A stretch of 64,000 bases of DNA from Tubulanus polymorphus (Eukaryota > Animalia > Nemertea): NCBI RefSeq assembly GCF_964204645.1, contig NC_134026.1, positions 29,112,150 to 29,176,149 on the forward strand, read 5' to 3'. Of this stretch, positions 1 through 12,070 are shown in pieces; the first letter of the stretch is position 1, and the number at the start of each line of letters is the position of its first letter. Under the pieces are notes generated by a model that was not told the DNA's origin, ran no database searches, and was given only the letters and a program-made list of their open reading frames with translations. A program made the translations under genes and the position numbers.

Positions 1-942
1 GTCACTGTCAGCTTTGTAGGGAACCTCCAGACTGTCATTGTCAGCTTTGTGGGGAACCTCCAGACTGTCACTGTCAGCTCTGTAGGGAACCTCCAGACTG
101 TCACTGTCAGCTCTGAAGGGAACCACCAGACTGTCATTGTCAGCTTTGTGGGGAACCTCCAGACTGTCACTGTCAGCTCTGAAGGGAACCTCCAGACTGT
201 CACTGTCAGCTCTGAAGGGAACCACCAGACTGTCATTGTCAGCTTTGTGGGGAACCTCCAGACTGTCACTGTCAGCTCTGAAGGGAACCTCCAGACTGTC
301 ACTGTCAGCTCTGAAGGGAACCACCAGACTGTCATTGTCAGCTTTGTGGGGAACCTCCAGACTGTCACTGTCAGCTTTGTAGGGAACCTCCAGACTGTCA
401 CTGTCAGCTCTGTAGGGAACCTCCAGACTGTCACTGTCAGCTCTGAAGGGAACCACCAGACTGTCATTGTCAGCTTTGTGGGGAACCTCCAGACTGTCAC
501 TGTCAGCTCTGTAGGGAACCTCCAGACTGTCACTGTCAGCTCTGAAGGGAACCACCAGACTGTCATTGTCAGCTTTGTGGGGAACCTCCAGACTGTCACT
601 GTCAGCTCTGTAGGGAACCTCCAGACTGTCACTGTCAGCTCTGAAGGGAACCACCAGACTGTCATTGTCAGCTTTGTGGGGAACCTCCAGACTGTCACTG
701 TCAGCTTTGTATGGAACCTCCAGACTGTCACTGTCAGCTCTGTAGGGAGCCTCCAGACTGTCATTGTCAGCTTTGTGGGGAACCTCCAGACTGTCACTGT
801 CAGCTTTGTAGGGAACCTCCAGACTGTCACTGTCAGCTTTGTAGGGAACCTCCAGACTGTCACTGTCAGCGCTGAAGGGAACCTCCAGACTGTCACTGTC
901 AGCTCTGTAGGGAACCACCAGACTGTCATTTTCAGCTCTCTT
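1..942. repeat. 33-bp coding minisatellite, about 29 units in window, with a 3-unit (99-bp) higher-order pattern; encodes QSUQUQSGGS(L/P) on the minus strand
   Basis: Unit gggaacc(t/a)ccagactgtca(c/t)tgtcagct(c/t)tg(aa/ta/tg); phase-locked to the SELENOP frame (tca at 2-4 and 8-10 up to the last unit at about 927-934). Confidence 0.97.
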
Positions 943-2265
943 CTGACTGTCATCCACTCTCTATTGAAAGTTGATGTCCATTTTCCAGATGTTTACAATG
1001 TCAGGAATCAGTGATATTGGGTTTGACATTATTACAGACGCAAGAATGGGTCGGTGTACGTGGTACCAAACCTTGACATGTACAAGAGTTTTCTAGCTGA
1101 GAAACTGATAATTTACACTTACAATGCTGTCCAGTATTATTGCGAATGCTATGACAGCTACAGTAATTTGAAGTATATGACAGTTTAGGGCAAAAGCACT
1201 CTCTTACTGAAAGACTGTGTTTATGGTGACACCTACATTTACTGACTAATGATACCATATTAGTAACTGTGTGTGCTAGGTATAAATGTGGACAATGACA
1301 TCGATATGGTTTCCTTAATGGCACGATCGGAGTACATGAACATTTATCTAATATCTCTTGGTTTGGGTTGTGACATCTACATGTTCGTTGTCATTTCTGC
1401 GGTACTACCTGAAGATGATGGCGATGGGCCCTTTTAGATCTTCTGCGTTGACTTGAGCCGCGCTACAAATACATAACAGATTTTTTCTCCTGAAGAACAT
1501 ACCGGATAGAACAAGCAAAATCAAAATCAAATTCTAAAATCTACCTCACTACAACGTATCCCACACAGGTTTCTGTGACGGTATGTGTATCTGATAGCAT
1601 TCCGTACATAGTTTAAATGTAACCAACTCCCTGGATATCGTATGTGATAAGTAAGGCGACCACATCTGAAAACCAAGCACAGATTTTCAATCTCTGATAT
1701 GATTATGAGTTAGTGTTTATTTGTTGTTTTTATGAGTGGCTGTTGTATAGATACTTACCGATCATAAATCAAGAAGTCGTCCTTTTGTCCACCAATTATG
1801 TTCCAAATGTTATTTTCAGGTGTGGCCTGGTATGTAGGCATACGTGTCCTTTTTTGTAACCGTCCAAACTGTTGGCGAGCATGATTTAGTGGGGAATTGA
1901 TGATGATAAATTTGATATCATTGGCTCCTCGAGATACATAGAATCTTCTCAAGTGTTCGAACCTGAATAAAGGAATGCGCGATGTTAGGTCGAAATCAAT
2001 ATCCCTATACAAAATTAGATTAAGTTCACTTTATTAGAGTGAGATAGGAAAGCAATTTTTACCTGGAAGCTTGAGTAAGACAAAACCCTCAACTAGCCTG
2101 CATCAGAGCTAGCACTACGACATGTCCTTTATGCTCTGCCATAGGATTGACATTATCAACTGACCAATTATCAGGTGGATGACAGAGCTGAGAACCAGCA
2201 GCACTTTCCACAGAACCAGCAGCCAGGATCAGACTGATCACCAACAGGTAACCCGCCTTCACCAT
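1..2265 (-). CDS. SELENOP: Selenoprotein P with a massively expanded Sec-rich repeat tail; 3'-partial (runs off the left edge)
   Basis: Coding exons 2265-2063, 1962-1759, 1665-1545, 1462-<1, all GT-AG. Signal peptide MVKAGYLLVISLILAA; UxxC motif LMQAS-U-GFC (TGA at 2091-2089); SelP N-domain motif GGQKDDFLIYDRCGRLTYHI. The last exon gives RRRSKRAHRHH, CxC repeats, then UxU repeats, with TGA as the only in-frame stop-type codon. Non-coding first exon ends at about 2407. Confidence 0.93.
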
Positions 2266-2513
2266 GACTGTGGCAAGGGACAAGCCCTAAAAATACCATA
2301 CAATCCTCATCAAAATACTTCATTTCGATTTCATATTATTGAAAATTCTGTAATAGTCTTAAATATGTCGACATATCCCATATGAAACTTGACAATCATC
2401 ACTTACCTTTTGAGTGGAGGTATTTCAATTAGAACGCCTCAGTTTTACAATTTTTCAATCTACACGTACTGAACTAGTAGATCCTTTTTGAAATGGTTCT
2501 TGTGTTCAAATGA

Positions 2514-2520
2514 TTTTATA
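2514..2520 (-). promoter_or_regulatory. Candidate TATA box of SELENOP
   Basis: TATAAAA on the minus strand about 110 bp upstream of the first-exon donor at 2407. Confidence 0.45.
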
Positions 2521-3043
2521 CAGTGCCTCGACAGTCAACTTTGTTCCTGATCTAGATTGCAAATAGACTTTAGACTAATCACCTGATCTTACAGGATATA
2601 TGCAGTGCTAGTGCAATTGTTTTCAAGTTTCGTGACCCGATGAAATTGCGCAAGAAGTATTCAAGCCTTTAATAGGGTGCAGGCCAAGTCATTATATTAG
2701 TTCATTCCTTTTACTTTGATTTCTAAGAATTAAAGAGTCTTGTGGAATGTTTACCAATCTTGGGTCTCAATCATTGCACCTCGATCCATTTTACATAGTT
2801 TGAGTCATTAAACCATTTCTCCGAGACAAGATTCAAAACGGAATGATTCAAACAAACGAAGGAAATATCACATAAAAATAAATTTATTGGCAAAATTGGC
2901 CGGTAATAATAATATCATCAATATTTTACACGATTTTGTTCTGATGATATTTATCTAACAAGTATTATACAATACGATTACAGTACAATATATCATTTAT
3001 TCATTACATTATCAACAACAGAAATATAGCATTCACAAATATA

Positions 3044-3288
3044 CAGTGAAATCTCGTTACTCACACCATTATCAGATTATAAACCAAACCAAACATTTTG
3101 ACCTCAGTGTGGAATATTGATCAGTTTCAAACTGAAAGAAAAGATTTGGAGCCCTGAGCCCGGGTTTATAGATTGGTATTATCCCCTACCCAGGGGCTAA
3201 CTCAATTTTTGATGAATTGAGTTAGTCCGGGTGTAAATACCAGTCTATAAAACTGGCTCCTGAAGTTTGTTTTAACGAGGTTCCACTG
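3044..3288. mobile_element. Tc1/mariner-pogo (Tigger-like) MITE
   Basis: TA-flanked ends CAGTGAAATCTCGTTA ... TAACGAGGTTCCACTG; relatives at 10078-10229, 26266-26434 and from about 63629. Confidence 0.6.
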
Positions 3289-4811
3289 TATTACTTGATG
3301 ATCACCAATCTATATAAAGTTGGTTATTATGTGAAGTATAACTCAATTTTGTTATTACATGAATTGATAACTCTGCGGAATCACTGAACAGTATCGGATT
3401 GTTTTAATATTCTTCCAGTTTATAGAAATGTACAGTAAACAGTTTTAAATCTCAGTTGAAACCTTCAACATACCGGGGACCCAGTTCAATCGTTCTCAGG
3501 TAAATATCTTTTAATGTGGACCTCTCTGTGTCCGTGGTATTCAGTGAAATATACCAGTTAATTATGTTGAAATTCGAGTTATTTTTACGTTGAAATTCGA
3601 GTTATTTTTATGTCGAAATTTTAGATTCGACATAAAAATAACTCGTAATACGACATAAGTTGAAATCTATTTAAAATTTATCTCGTATGTCACCAACGGT
3701 CTTCCATAGTCTGTCACATAACATCGTACATAAATACCAAGCTACCCTGGTTAAAAAGAAAGACAATTTTCATGTATTGAACTCCAAATAAATCATGGAC
3801 AATAACATAAAATGCTGATCAATAACATAAAACACAAAAAGCTTGTACCTAAACTTGATCTACTACTGTGAGTGGAACATACATGGAATAATCATGATAA
3901 TTATTTACTTCATTCAAGTAAGATTATGCTACAAACAAAAACGCATAAAAATACAGAAGATTAAGAAAAAGAGTATTTTCAAGCAAGTCAGTCGAGATTT
4001 TCAAAAAAAAAAGTTGAAAACCTTTTAACTGGCACGAAGAATGCTGCAGTTTGCAGACAAGTGGCCACAACTAAACTAAATTTGGCATTATATCGGGCAG
4101 AATAATATCTTTGTGAAAGGAATGTTTACAGTATAAAAACAAACAATACATATAAAACTTAACAGTTATCTATCACATAAGACCTAAAGTGCTAAAATAT
4201 AAATGCATAAGCCACAAACCACTTTAACCCGTCAAATAACAGGAACCTTCGCCTTGTATCTTAACCACCAAATCTGTTCAAATGTATGTAAGTTAAACTG
4301 TCAGTCCTGATCTACAGATCTACTAGAACATTATCGATAATCCTAATCCACTGCTACATAATACAATATTTCAGATATATAGTATCAATTCTTATTGATT
4401 TTTTACCATTTGAATTTATCCACAACAAACGTACCAGATACACGTACACGTACACCCATGTATAGCAAGATTCAACATCGTATATGAACTACATATTATG
4501 CAATGTATAATCAGATTCTACAGATGTTACATTAGGCAACCATTCGCCGAATACACAGCTTTTTTCATTAACACTATTGAAGATGACGTTAATAATTTGA
4601 TACCAATCAACCCTCAGTTCTTCAAACCTGCTTTAATCGGTTTAAAGAATTTATAGATTTTTAACCAGTATATGAAAATAAGATCCTGCAGTATTTCCTG
4701 ATTACAATGCCTCGATATTCATTCCTTATAGAATTTACAACAGTTCACGCATTAGTAAGTTCGGTTTGAATTTTATGAGTGAGTTTATTCTCAGTCAATT
4801 GCTGGTATTTC

Positions 4812-7800
4812 TCATGAAGGTGTTTTATTTTCAGGCTGATGTGGCACATCCTACAAAATAAATAAAATATTCCGTTAGAGAAATTGCTTTTTCAAGCAGA
4901 AAAGTTTTTTTCTGATTAATCATAGTTTGGTTTCCATTCAGTTGTAAAAATCAGTCATGTGAATCATTTCAAATCTCGATCATTTTAGGGGAAATCGTGT
5001 GAAAAGAATTTTATATACAGAGTAAATGATTTCTCGCATATTGAATATTATTAGGGATGGTTTTTTTGTTGTTACCTGAACCAAGTAACTTAGAAGTTTC
5101 AGATGCATTCTTTTCCTAAATTCATATATACAGGTTTATATATTACATGTATTGAGTGAAAAAACCCCTCAGAAATGTACTCGCACACATCGAAATATCT
5201 TACCTTCATTTCCTTTCCTTGTGTTTCTATGGGTAGTAACATGGCTGCTATTGCAGCTATCAATGCAATAGCTCCATAAGTACTGACAGCTAATGATGGA
5301 GATGAAGTCAACATGACTTGAGCGACAAATGGCGTTACTATTGCTCCAATTCGAGCCATTCCACTACATGTACCGAGTCCTAAAGCTCGCATTGTTGTAG
5401 GATAAACCTGTCATAGAGGATAAATAATCATCGGTCATGATCGCAATTAGATACTGTATGTTAAACCTGAATCTAATGAGTCTACTTACCTCTGGAGTGT
5501 AAACATAAGCAGCTTGGAATGCTCCAGATATAAATGCTCTTGCCACAAATATAAAAAATGTCAGTAGGGGACTGAAAAACAACACGATCCCATCATTACA
5601 TCATATACTGGTGGTATACAAATGGGTATTATACATTTTCGAAATCGACATACCGATTTGTGCAGAGATTTAGTAGAAACACGAAAAAAGAAAACACGAC
5701 AAATTCACCCGCCATTGTTTTCTTACGTCCCAGTTTTTCTATAACAGCTGCAGTAATGAACAAACCTAAAAATAGAAATGGGATTAATAGAAATTCGGTG
5801 ACGCCGTAAAGCAGGATCATGATTCATGAATAACTGGAATAACTTAAAAAGATAAAATACCAGGGAATTCTGCAACAGATGTCCACAATAAATCTGTGTA
5901 ATCCTTAGTAGATAACATTTTACAGTCTAACAGACAAGCGAGTTCTACCTTACCACTATCTCCAGTTCCCCCTGAAAATATAAGTTTGATTAAAAATCTT
6001 AATGAATTATATTAGCAAACTAGAAGGGGAAACATCGAGTTAAGTTTTCAGAACACAGTTTCATAAAAACCATTGATTTAAGATAAACTGAACTTAATGA
6101 GGAAACTAAATCTAGATTTAAGAGGTAAACCTGTTTGTCACACTGGATCCTGATGCCATAAACCAAAATAGCAGTTTAAATTGAAATAAAGGATCGAAAT
6201 TCATTCGAAAGGGGTAAAGATGGTCGTGTTAAAGAAAAGAATCGTAAGATTAAGTACAGAACTCGTTACCCAGATCCTCATTCATGCTTCAAATAAAACA
6301 AATGCCACATTAGTTCTACATCATAAGTCGATCTCAAATGAGGAAAAGGGTTGTTACAAATAACTCGAGATCTCCTTCAATAGAATTTCTATAGTAGGGA
6401 TAAAAGGAACTGAAATATGCAGTTTACTAGAATGATAACCGTTCCTCCATTTCATATAACTTGGGGTGGTGGTTGTTTAATTTACCCTTTTTATTAGATC
6501 CACCTAGAATCGAGCAAAATCAAAGCATCCACAATGAATTGTATGACTGATGATTATTTCAATACAAGATAAAAATGTAACTTCGAGTAAATTGACAAAC
6601 AAAATGAAATTCTTCTTGTATATGGATAGTAACATTTACCGTGACATTTATCCCCGGTTTCAAATAATTCCGTTGTCATTAAAACAATGCCATAGTATGA
6701 AAATGCACACGCCAACCTGGAACATAATAAATGATAATCAATTGAATCTAAATAAGCAGTTAAATATGGCGCACGTATAAATGTCACATACCAGATAACC
6801 CATAGAATAATTGTAGTCTTCCTCAAGTCGATCGAAAATAAATCTTTTAATTGGCCACGTTTTACATTCTATTGAAAAAAAAAGAAAAATTTGTGATTTA
6901 GTAAACAGTAACTAGAAAATATATGAGGGATTTTAGTTGGTATTCTGGGTCCAGTTCCACAGTTCTGAGTTAAGATTTAACTCAGAGTTAACTCTTGAAA
7001 ATGAACTAACTTTAACTCAGAGTTAACTCTAACTCACAACTGTGGAAGTGGGTCCTGTTGATTCCACTGATTTCAACCACAATGACGCCTCATCATTGCT
7101 TGTAAGCAGAGTTCGTAGTCACAGAAACAGCACGCACTGTTTCAGACTAATACTTCAAATTTCCATTATCTTTGTCACCAGTGGAAACACGTTTGATAAT
7201 AATGTTACGCAGCTATCAGTTATCGTACCTCTTCTGTAACTTTAGGAATGTTATAAATTAGACGACCTTGGGGCATTGGTTTTCCATTTTCTTTCGCTAT
7301 TCTTTCTAGGGTTGCTAATGCTTTTTCTGGATGTCCCCGCGCAATATCGAAACGAGCACTTTCCGGAAGCCACTGATAAAAAATAAATCATTCATCAGGA
7401 ATGAAACGGAACAAATTTCATAATTTGAGGGTTAATGCCATCGGGTATATGCTTACCACGCAGAAGGCGGCAAATATAAGTAGAGGTATAGCAGATAATC
7501 CTAGTAGATATCTCCAGCCTAAATGTGGCATAACTAGTAATGCCAATAACGTCTCAAAAACAGCTCCTAATGCCCAAAATATCTATATTGAATATAGAAA
7601 GGTTACGTTGTTATTACAGTTTTTTCATCATATTACAGAAATCGATAATACTCCGGAAATGTTTAGATAATGAAAATGATTTATTGATTATTGGGGGATA
7701 ATTCTGTTGGGTAGACTCTTAATTACCTCGATCATAACAACAGCCTTTGCTCTGATCGCTGTGGGTAGGAATTCTGCATATAGCGTTACCCTGAAAAATA

Positions 7801-10800
7801 TGTTAAAATAAAGATAAAAACCATACGTTGCAATAAATACCAAAGCTGTATTAAAATCAAAATTGTCAAGATCATATTCAGGGCCATCCGGCATAATCTT
7901 ATGATTACTTTTTGATATTGATTATTGTCATATCATATCATATCATATCAATCATATCATATCATATCATATCATATCATATCATATCATATCAATCATA
8001 TCAATCATATCAATCATATCATATCATATCATATCATATCATATCATATCATATCATATCATATCATATCATATCATCATCTTTATTTTCCTTTACAATT
8101 TCAGTTACATATAATGTTAAATCACACGACATGTCAAACAGAAGGCTCACATTTTTAGACCACAGTGTCCGTCCGGCTCCCCTACAATTCCTAGATCCAA
8201 CCCTACTATTGCTGGCAGTTACCCCTTTTTCATGAAATTTAATGACATCAGGATTTTATATTTGAAGTCAAATCGAAATGAGAAAATTGAGTGTTTTATG
8301 ACATAATTTGAAAATCAAATTGCCAAGAGTTCAATGAATATTGTAGAATCAGTGACAGCTGCAAAGATACTTTCATACTTTCATACACGGGCACTGTTCA
8401 TACGGAACACCTATTCAAATACTTACGCCTGTGGAGCACCACCAACTCCAAAGCCGACTAAACCTCGCAGAACTAAAAGCCAAACGAAAGTTGGTGAAAC
8501 GGCGCTGAGTATTCCGAAATAAAATGTGAACAGTGACGATAGAAGCAATGCCTGAAATTGAAAACATCTACTGAAAATATCACATTCATTTTCATCTCTA
8601 TCTAAGCAATTTATCCATATTTCTGTTGGTAGATTTAACAAAGCTCATTTGAAATCAGTCATGCGTTAATTTCAATGGAGTTTACTGTAGCTGAAAGCTA
8701 CTGACATTAATAACTCTTTATGTTCGCTAAACTAGCGACTAAACGATGTCATTCGAGTTTGATCTCAGTATTCAGTAACCAGTAATAATACATACTGCAC
8801 GCCGACCATACTTGTCACATATACTGCCCCAAATACTAGAGCTTAACATCATTCCGCAAAACACAATCTACAAACACGAGCGAAGCAATTAGAGTCGATA
8901 GTTATTAATGATTTAATTGATTTAATAACTTTTGTTAGATATCGACGAGAACGTACAGTAGTCGTAAATGCTTGTTGCCAACTCGGGATACCCCAGTCAC
9001 AGTGTAACGCTGGTGATAGTATACTCAATATCATCATCTCCATTGCATCTGCCATCTAACAAAAACACATCATTTACTAATAACATCACCTAAATCAACA
9101 GGCCAAATATCATAAATGTTTTATGCAACAGATACTAAATGCTGTAGTATGCAGCAGACTAATAGATGAAATACTGTCAAAATTTCATATGAATTTTTGA
9201 TGTCATCCATATTCCACGCTCATGGGCTTCACTAACATATACATGGTCGTAATACCATTTTAAATAAAATATAATTTGGTACACACACTGCCGAAAAGCT
9301 TAGTCTCACGGTTCATACAGTTATACAAATTCAAAATTCTAACAGTTTTTTTTAACAATTTTCCGCAAAAATGTCTAGATACCATCATATTACATGGATT
9401 CTTATCTTAATGGCGACTGGTTGACGGCTGATTATCAAAAAAATGGCTGTTGAAAGTTACCCCTGGCAATTGCTAGGTTAAGAGTAAAATTAACTTCTCC
9501 GACTATTTCCCGCATTAGAGGAGAATATATATCAATTTCCACGGATATATCAGTTCAGAATTCCCAAGTTTTTCCAGATTTCACATGAGAACATCATGTT
9601 AGTCTGCATAGGAGTCACAGAGGCATAAAATACGGCGAAAAGTGAGTATAGATTTTGAAAGCTGGACGTTGTCCTGATGAGGACATGTGAACAGACAGAT
9701 CTCAAAGACATCTCACTAGTATCCTACTAAACTAGTTATGTATATATATATATATATATATATATAGCGATGATCCTGTTGATCGTGACGATCACCATGG
9801 TTACGGTTCATTAATACTGCGAACGTTTGCAAAGTTGACATTTTGACCAAAATTGAAATATTCATCGATCTTCACTGCAGGCGTAAGATTTACAGTCCAG
9901 TAAATTGTCAAATTGACCATCAGTGCAAATCTATTCATTAATGAATGTCCTATTGTCAGTTTCAACCATTAATCGATATGCCGATATACACTAACACCGC
10001 TACTAGTAGTACCACATCACGGCCAGGGCTACGGGCAGAATAGTCTATGGTTTCATATATATTATCAGAGTCTGATACAGTGGAACCTCATTACAACAAA
10101 CTTCAGCAGACCAGTGTTCGTGATATCCAGTATAAAATGTATCAAAATCGTTCTATTCGGGATGAAATTCTTCATTTTTAAAAGCCGATAAATCGTTACA
10201 TTCAAGGTAATAATAACAAGGTTCCGCCGTATGAATTTATTATCAGGTTAGATAAGACTGAAATAAAATATTCAATGTCAAGGATTGCCCTGATTTCCCA
10301 CTGATAACTTTAAAAGAAATAGATGTCTACAGATTTTAAGGAAATTTACACCTATCAATTTCTACCCATTTCTGATAAAACAAATTACTTGGATATGAAA
10401 GGCCAATGAAACACTCTGTGTTGACAGAATTAACTTCCATCAAACTTGTTAGGAAATTTTAGAAATATTTGTTAAATCAAAAAGAAATTCGGTGTTTTGA
10501 CAAATCATGACAGTTCCATTTTCCCGTGATCGAAGTCAACGCCAATCTTATTATTAGGGCATAAATGACGTCGTCAAATGCTTAAACAATAAATAGTTTT
10601 ATGTTTTTAATGCTGGGGAACGTTTCACATTCTTTCTACCCATCATTCAATCAGCAACCATACTGGTCGTCATGGCAACTGAATCACGACAAAGATGACT
10701 GAAGTAAAGGTTGTTGTAGGCATCTCGAAAATATTCAATCTCCTTTAAGCGTCGTACACCACAATCAAATTCATACGACTAATTAAAATGATGCTCTGTA

Positions 10801-12070
10801 GTTCAAAAAAAGTGTAACGCAAGCTTGCAATATTAACTTCAGGCCACTACTTTGAAGGGTCTAAATAAAATTTTGGTTTAACATTTTTATAAACATTGGA
10901 ATGATCTGGTACGTTTTATTGATAAAAATTCACATTTTTAATACATATGAGAGATTTATATTTAAGCTTACCCATGCTAATCCTGTTAAGAATGATAGTT
11001 TAACTTGGAACATTCCAAATCCCAATTGATCAACACATTGTTCCACTGTAAATTGTCCTGAAATAACAAAATATACGTATTAAAATATCAGGCTGCTCAA
11101 GATGGTACCAGTACCTTCAAAGTAATTAAATACAATTAGTATGTTATTACAACTTTTATATCAATTTAACAGTAGGCATTTCATAGGCCCACTATTAAAC
11201 AAATATTGTTTAGGTAAACCCCAAGCAGCAATTTCTATCTATTATGGATCTGTAGAAGGAATTTTCTTAAGGAATGTATGAATGCTTTTGGGGATAGGCC
11301 TACCCGTTAATCCTATCTGGTCCTATGCATGAATAACCTAAAAGAACTGCATGTTGTTTAGACAAACCTAAAGTTAATCACTGAGCCGCACATTTCATTA
11401 CAACCACTACTGTTTAATGTCCAAGTTGCAAAAGGATATAGTTTGAGTTTACGTTACACTTCAGTTTTTAGAATCATAACTGTTTGTAACAGTTTGCAGA
11501 ACTGTAACAGTGTATCATGTTTATACAATTGCAACAGTATGGTAACATGTTGTGACTCAGACTCAGCCAATTAGTCTGAATACCAGACGATGGTACCACA
11601 GTTGGTTCCCCTACAATGTAATGGCTATATTTGCTTAACTACAGCCAAGATGATAGAAGAAATATCCAAAAATCAGCAGCATCAACCTATTTAACTACCA
11701 TCATTGGGTCCTATTTCACGTACATGCCCATTTTAAGTATACACAGGTAGGTCTCTAGAAGGTCTGGGGAATCAAAAATCAACAACTTATTTAACCTTTT
11801 TCTAAAAAATGTTGATTCTACCTTCTTCGGCCCTAAACTAAACTATGCAGTTTAATCACATCAATTGAGAGCATGAAAAGTTATAAGCTTTCACACAACA
11901 AGTATCATGCCTAAAATGACACATTCTATTTATTCACCTTCAGCTCCGTTATTTCCATCAGTTGGAGATGGAGATATCTCAACTTGCGATACCGATTTAT
12001 CACGAGATTGTCCATCCAGATCCTCATAATTATCACCTCCACGTCGAAATTTAACCAGTCTAGAAAACAT
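4812..12070 (-). CDS. SVOP: Synaptic vesicle 2-related protein (MFS transporter), about 15 coding exons
   Basis: ATG at 12070 ([12 protein letters not shown]); exons encode [133 protein letters not shown]; last exon [12 protein letters not shown]-stop (TGA 4814-4812). Confidence 0.9.
6947..7055. mobile_element. Short hairpin-type MITE (Harbinger-like family; relatives at about 21482-21579 and 25879-26008)
   Basis: Inverted ends GGGTCCAGTTCCACAGTTCTGAGTT ... AACTCACAACTGTGGAAGTGGGTCC; a similar sequence recurs in the 3' UTR region of the PGC-1 gene. Confidence 0.55.
7929..8078. repeat. (CATAT)n pentanucleotide microsatellite in an SVOP intron
   Basis: Direct run of catat/atatc units with a few atca interruptions. 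Confidence 0.95.
10078..10229. mobile_element. Tigger/pogo-like MITE
   Basis: TA-CAGTGGAACCTCATTA ... TAACAAGGTTCCGCCG-TA imperfect terminal inverted repeats. Confidence 0.55.

Noticed and set aside
1-942. 33-bp repeat as a CRISPR array or non-coding satellite
   Set aside because: No unique spacers, eukaryotic context, and it is in frame with the SelP coding exon.
1-945. The two stop-free minus-strand frames (ELTVTVWRFP; ADSDSLEVP) as the true SelP tail
   Set aside because: They are out of phase with the phase-0 splice at 1545/1462 and the CxC block; using them would need an unsupported frameshift or intron.
49-1014. 321-aa plus-strand ORF (GNLQTVTVSSE)n, and the 137..382 ORF, as real genes
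   Set aside because: Antisense shadows of the SELENOP repeat: no ATG start or gene structure, and unit variation is non-synonymous in the 321-aa frame but mostly silent in the Sec frame.
1-2265. SELENOP as a pseudogene because of many stops; SECIS element in the window
   Set aside because: All in-frame stops are TGA at Cys-like positions, with intact splice sites. A SECIS would lie 3' of the CDS, beyond the left edge, so none is claimed.
7912-8235. ORFs rich in ISYHI
   Set aside because: Translations of the (CATAT)n microsatellite inside an SVOP intron.
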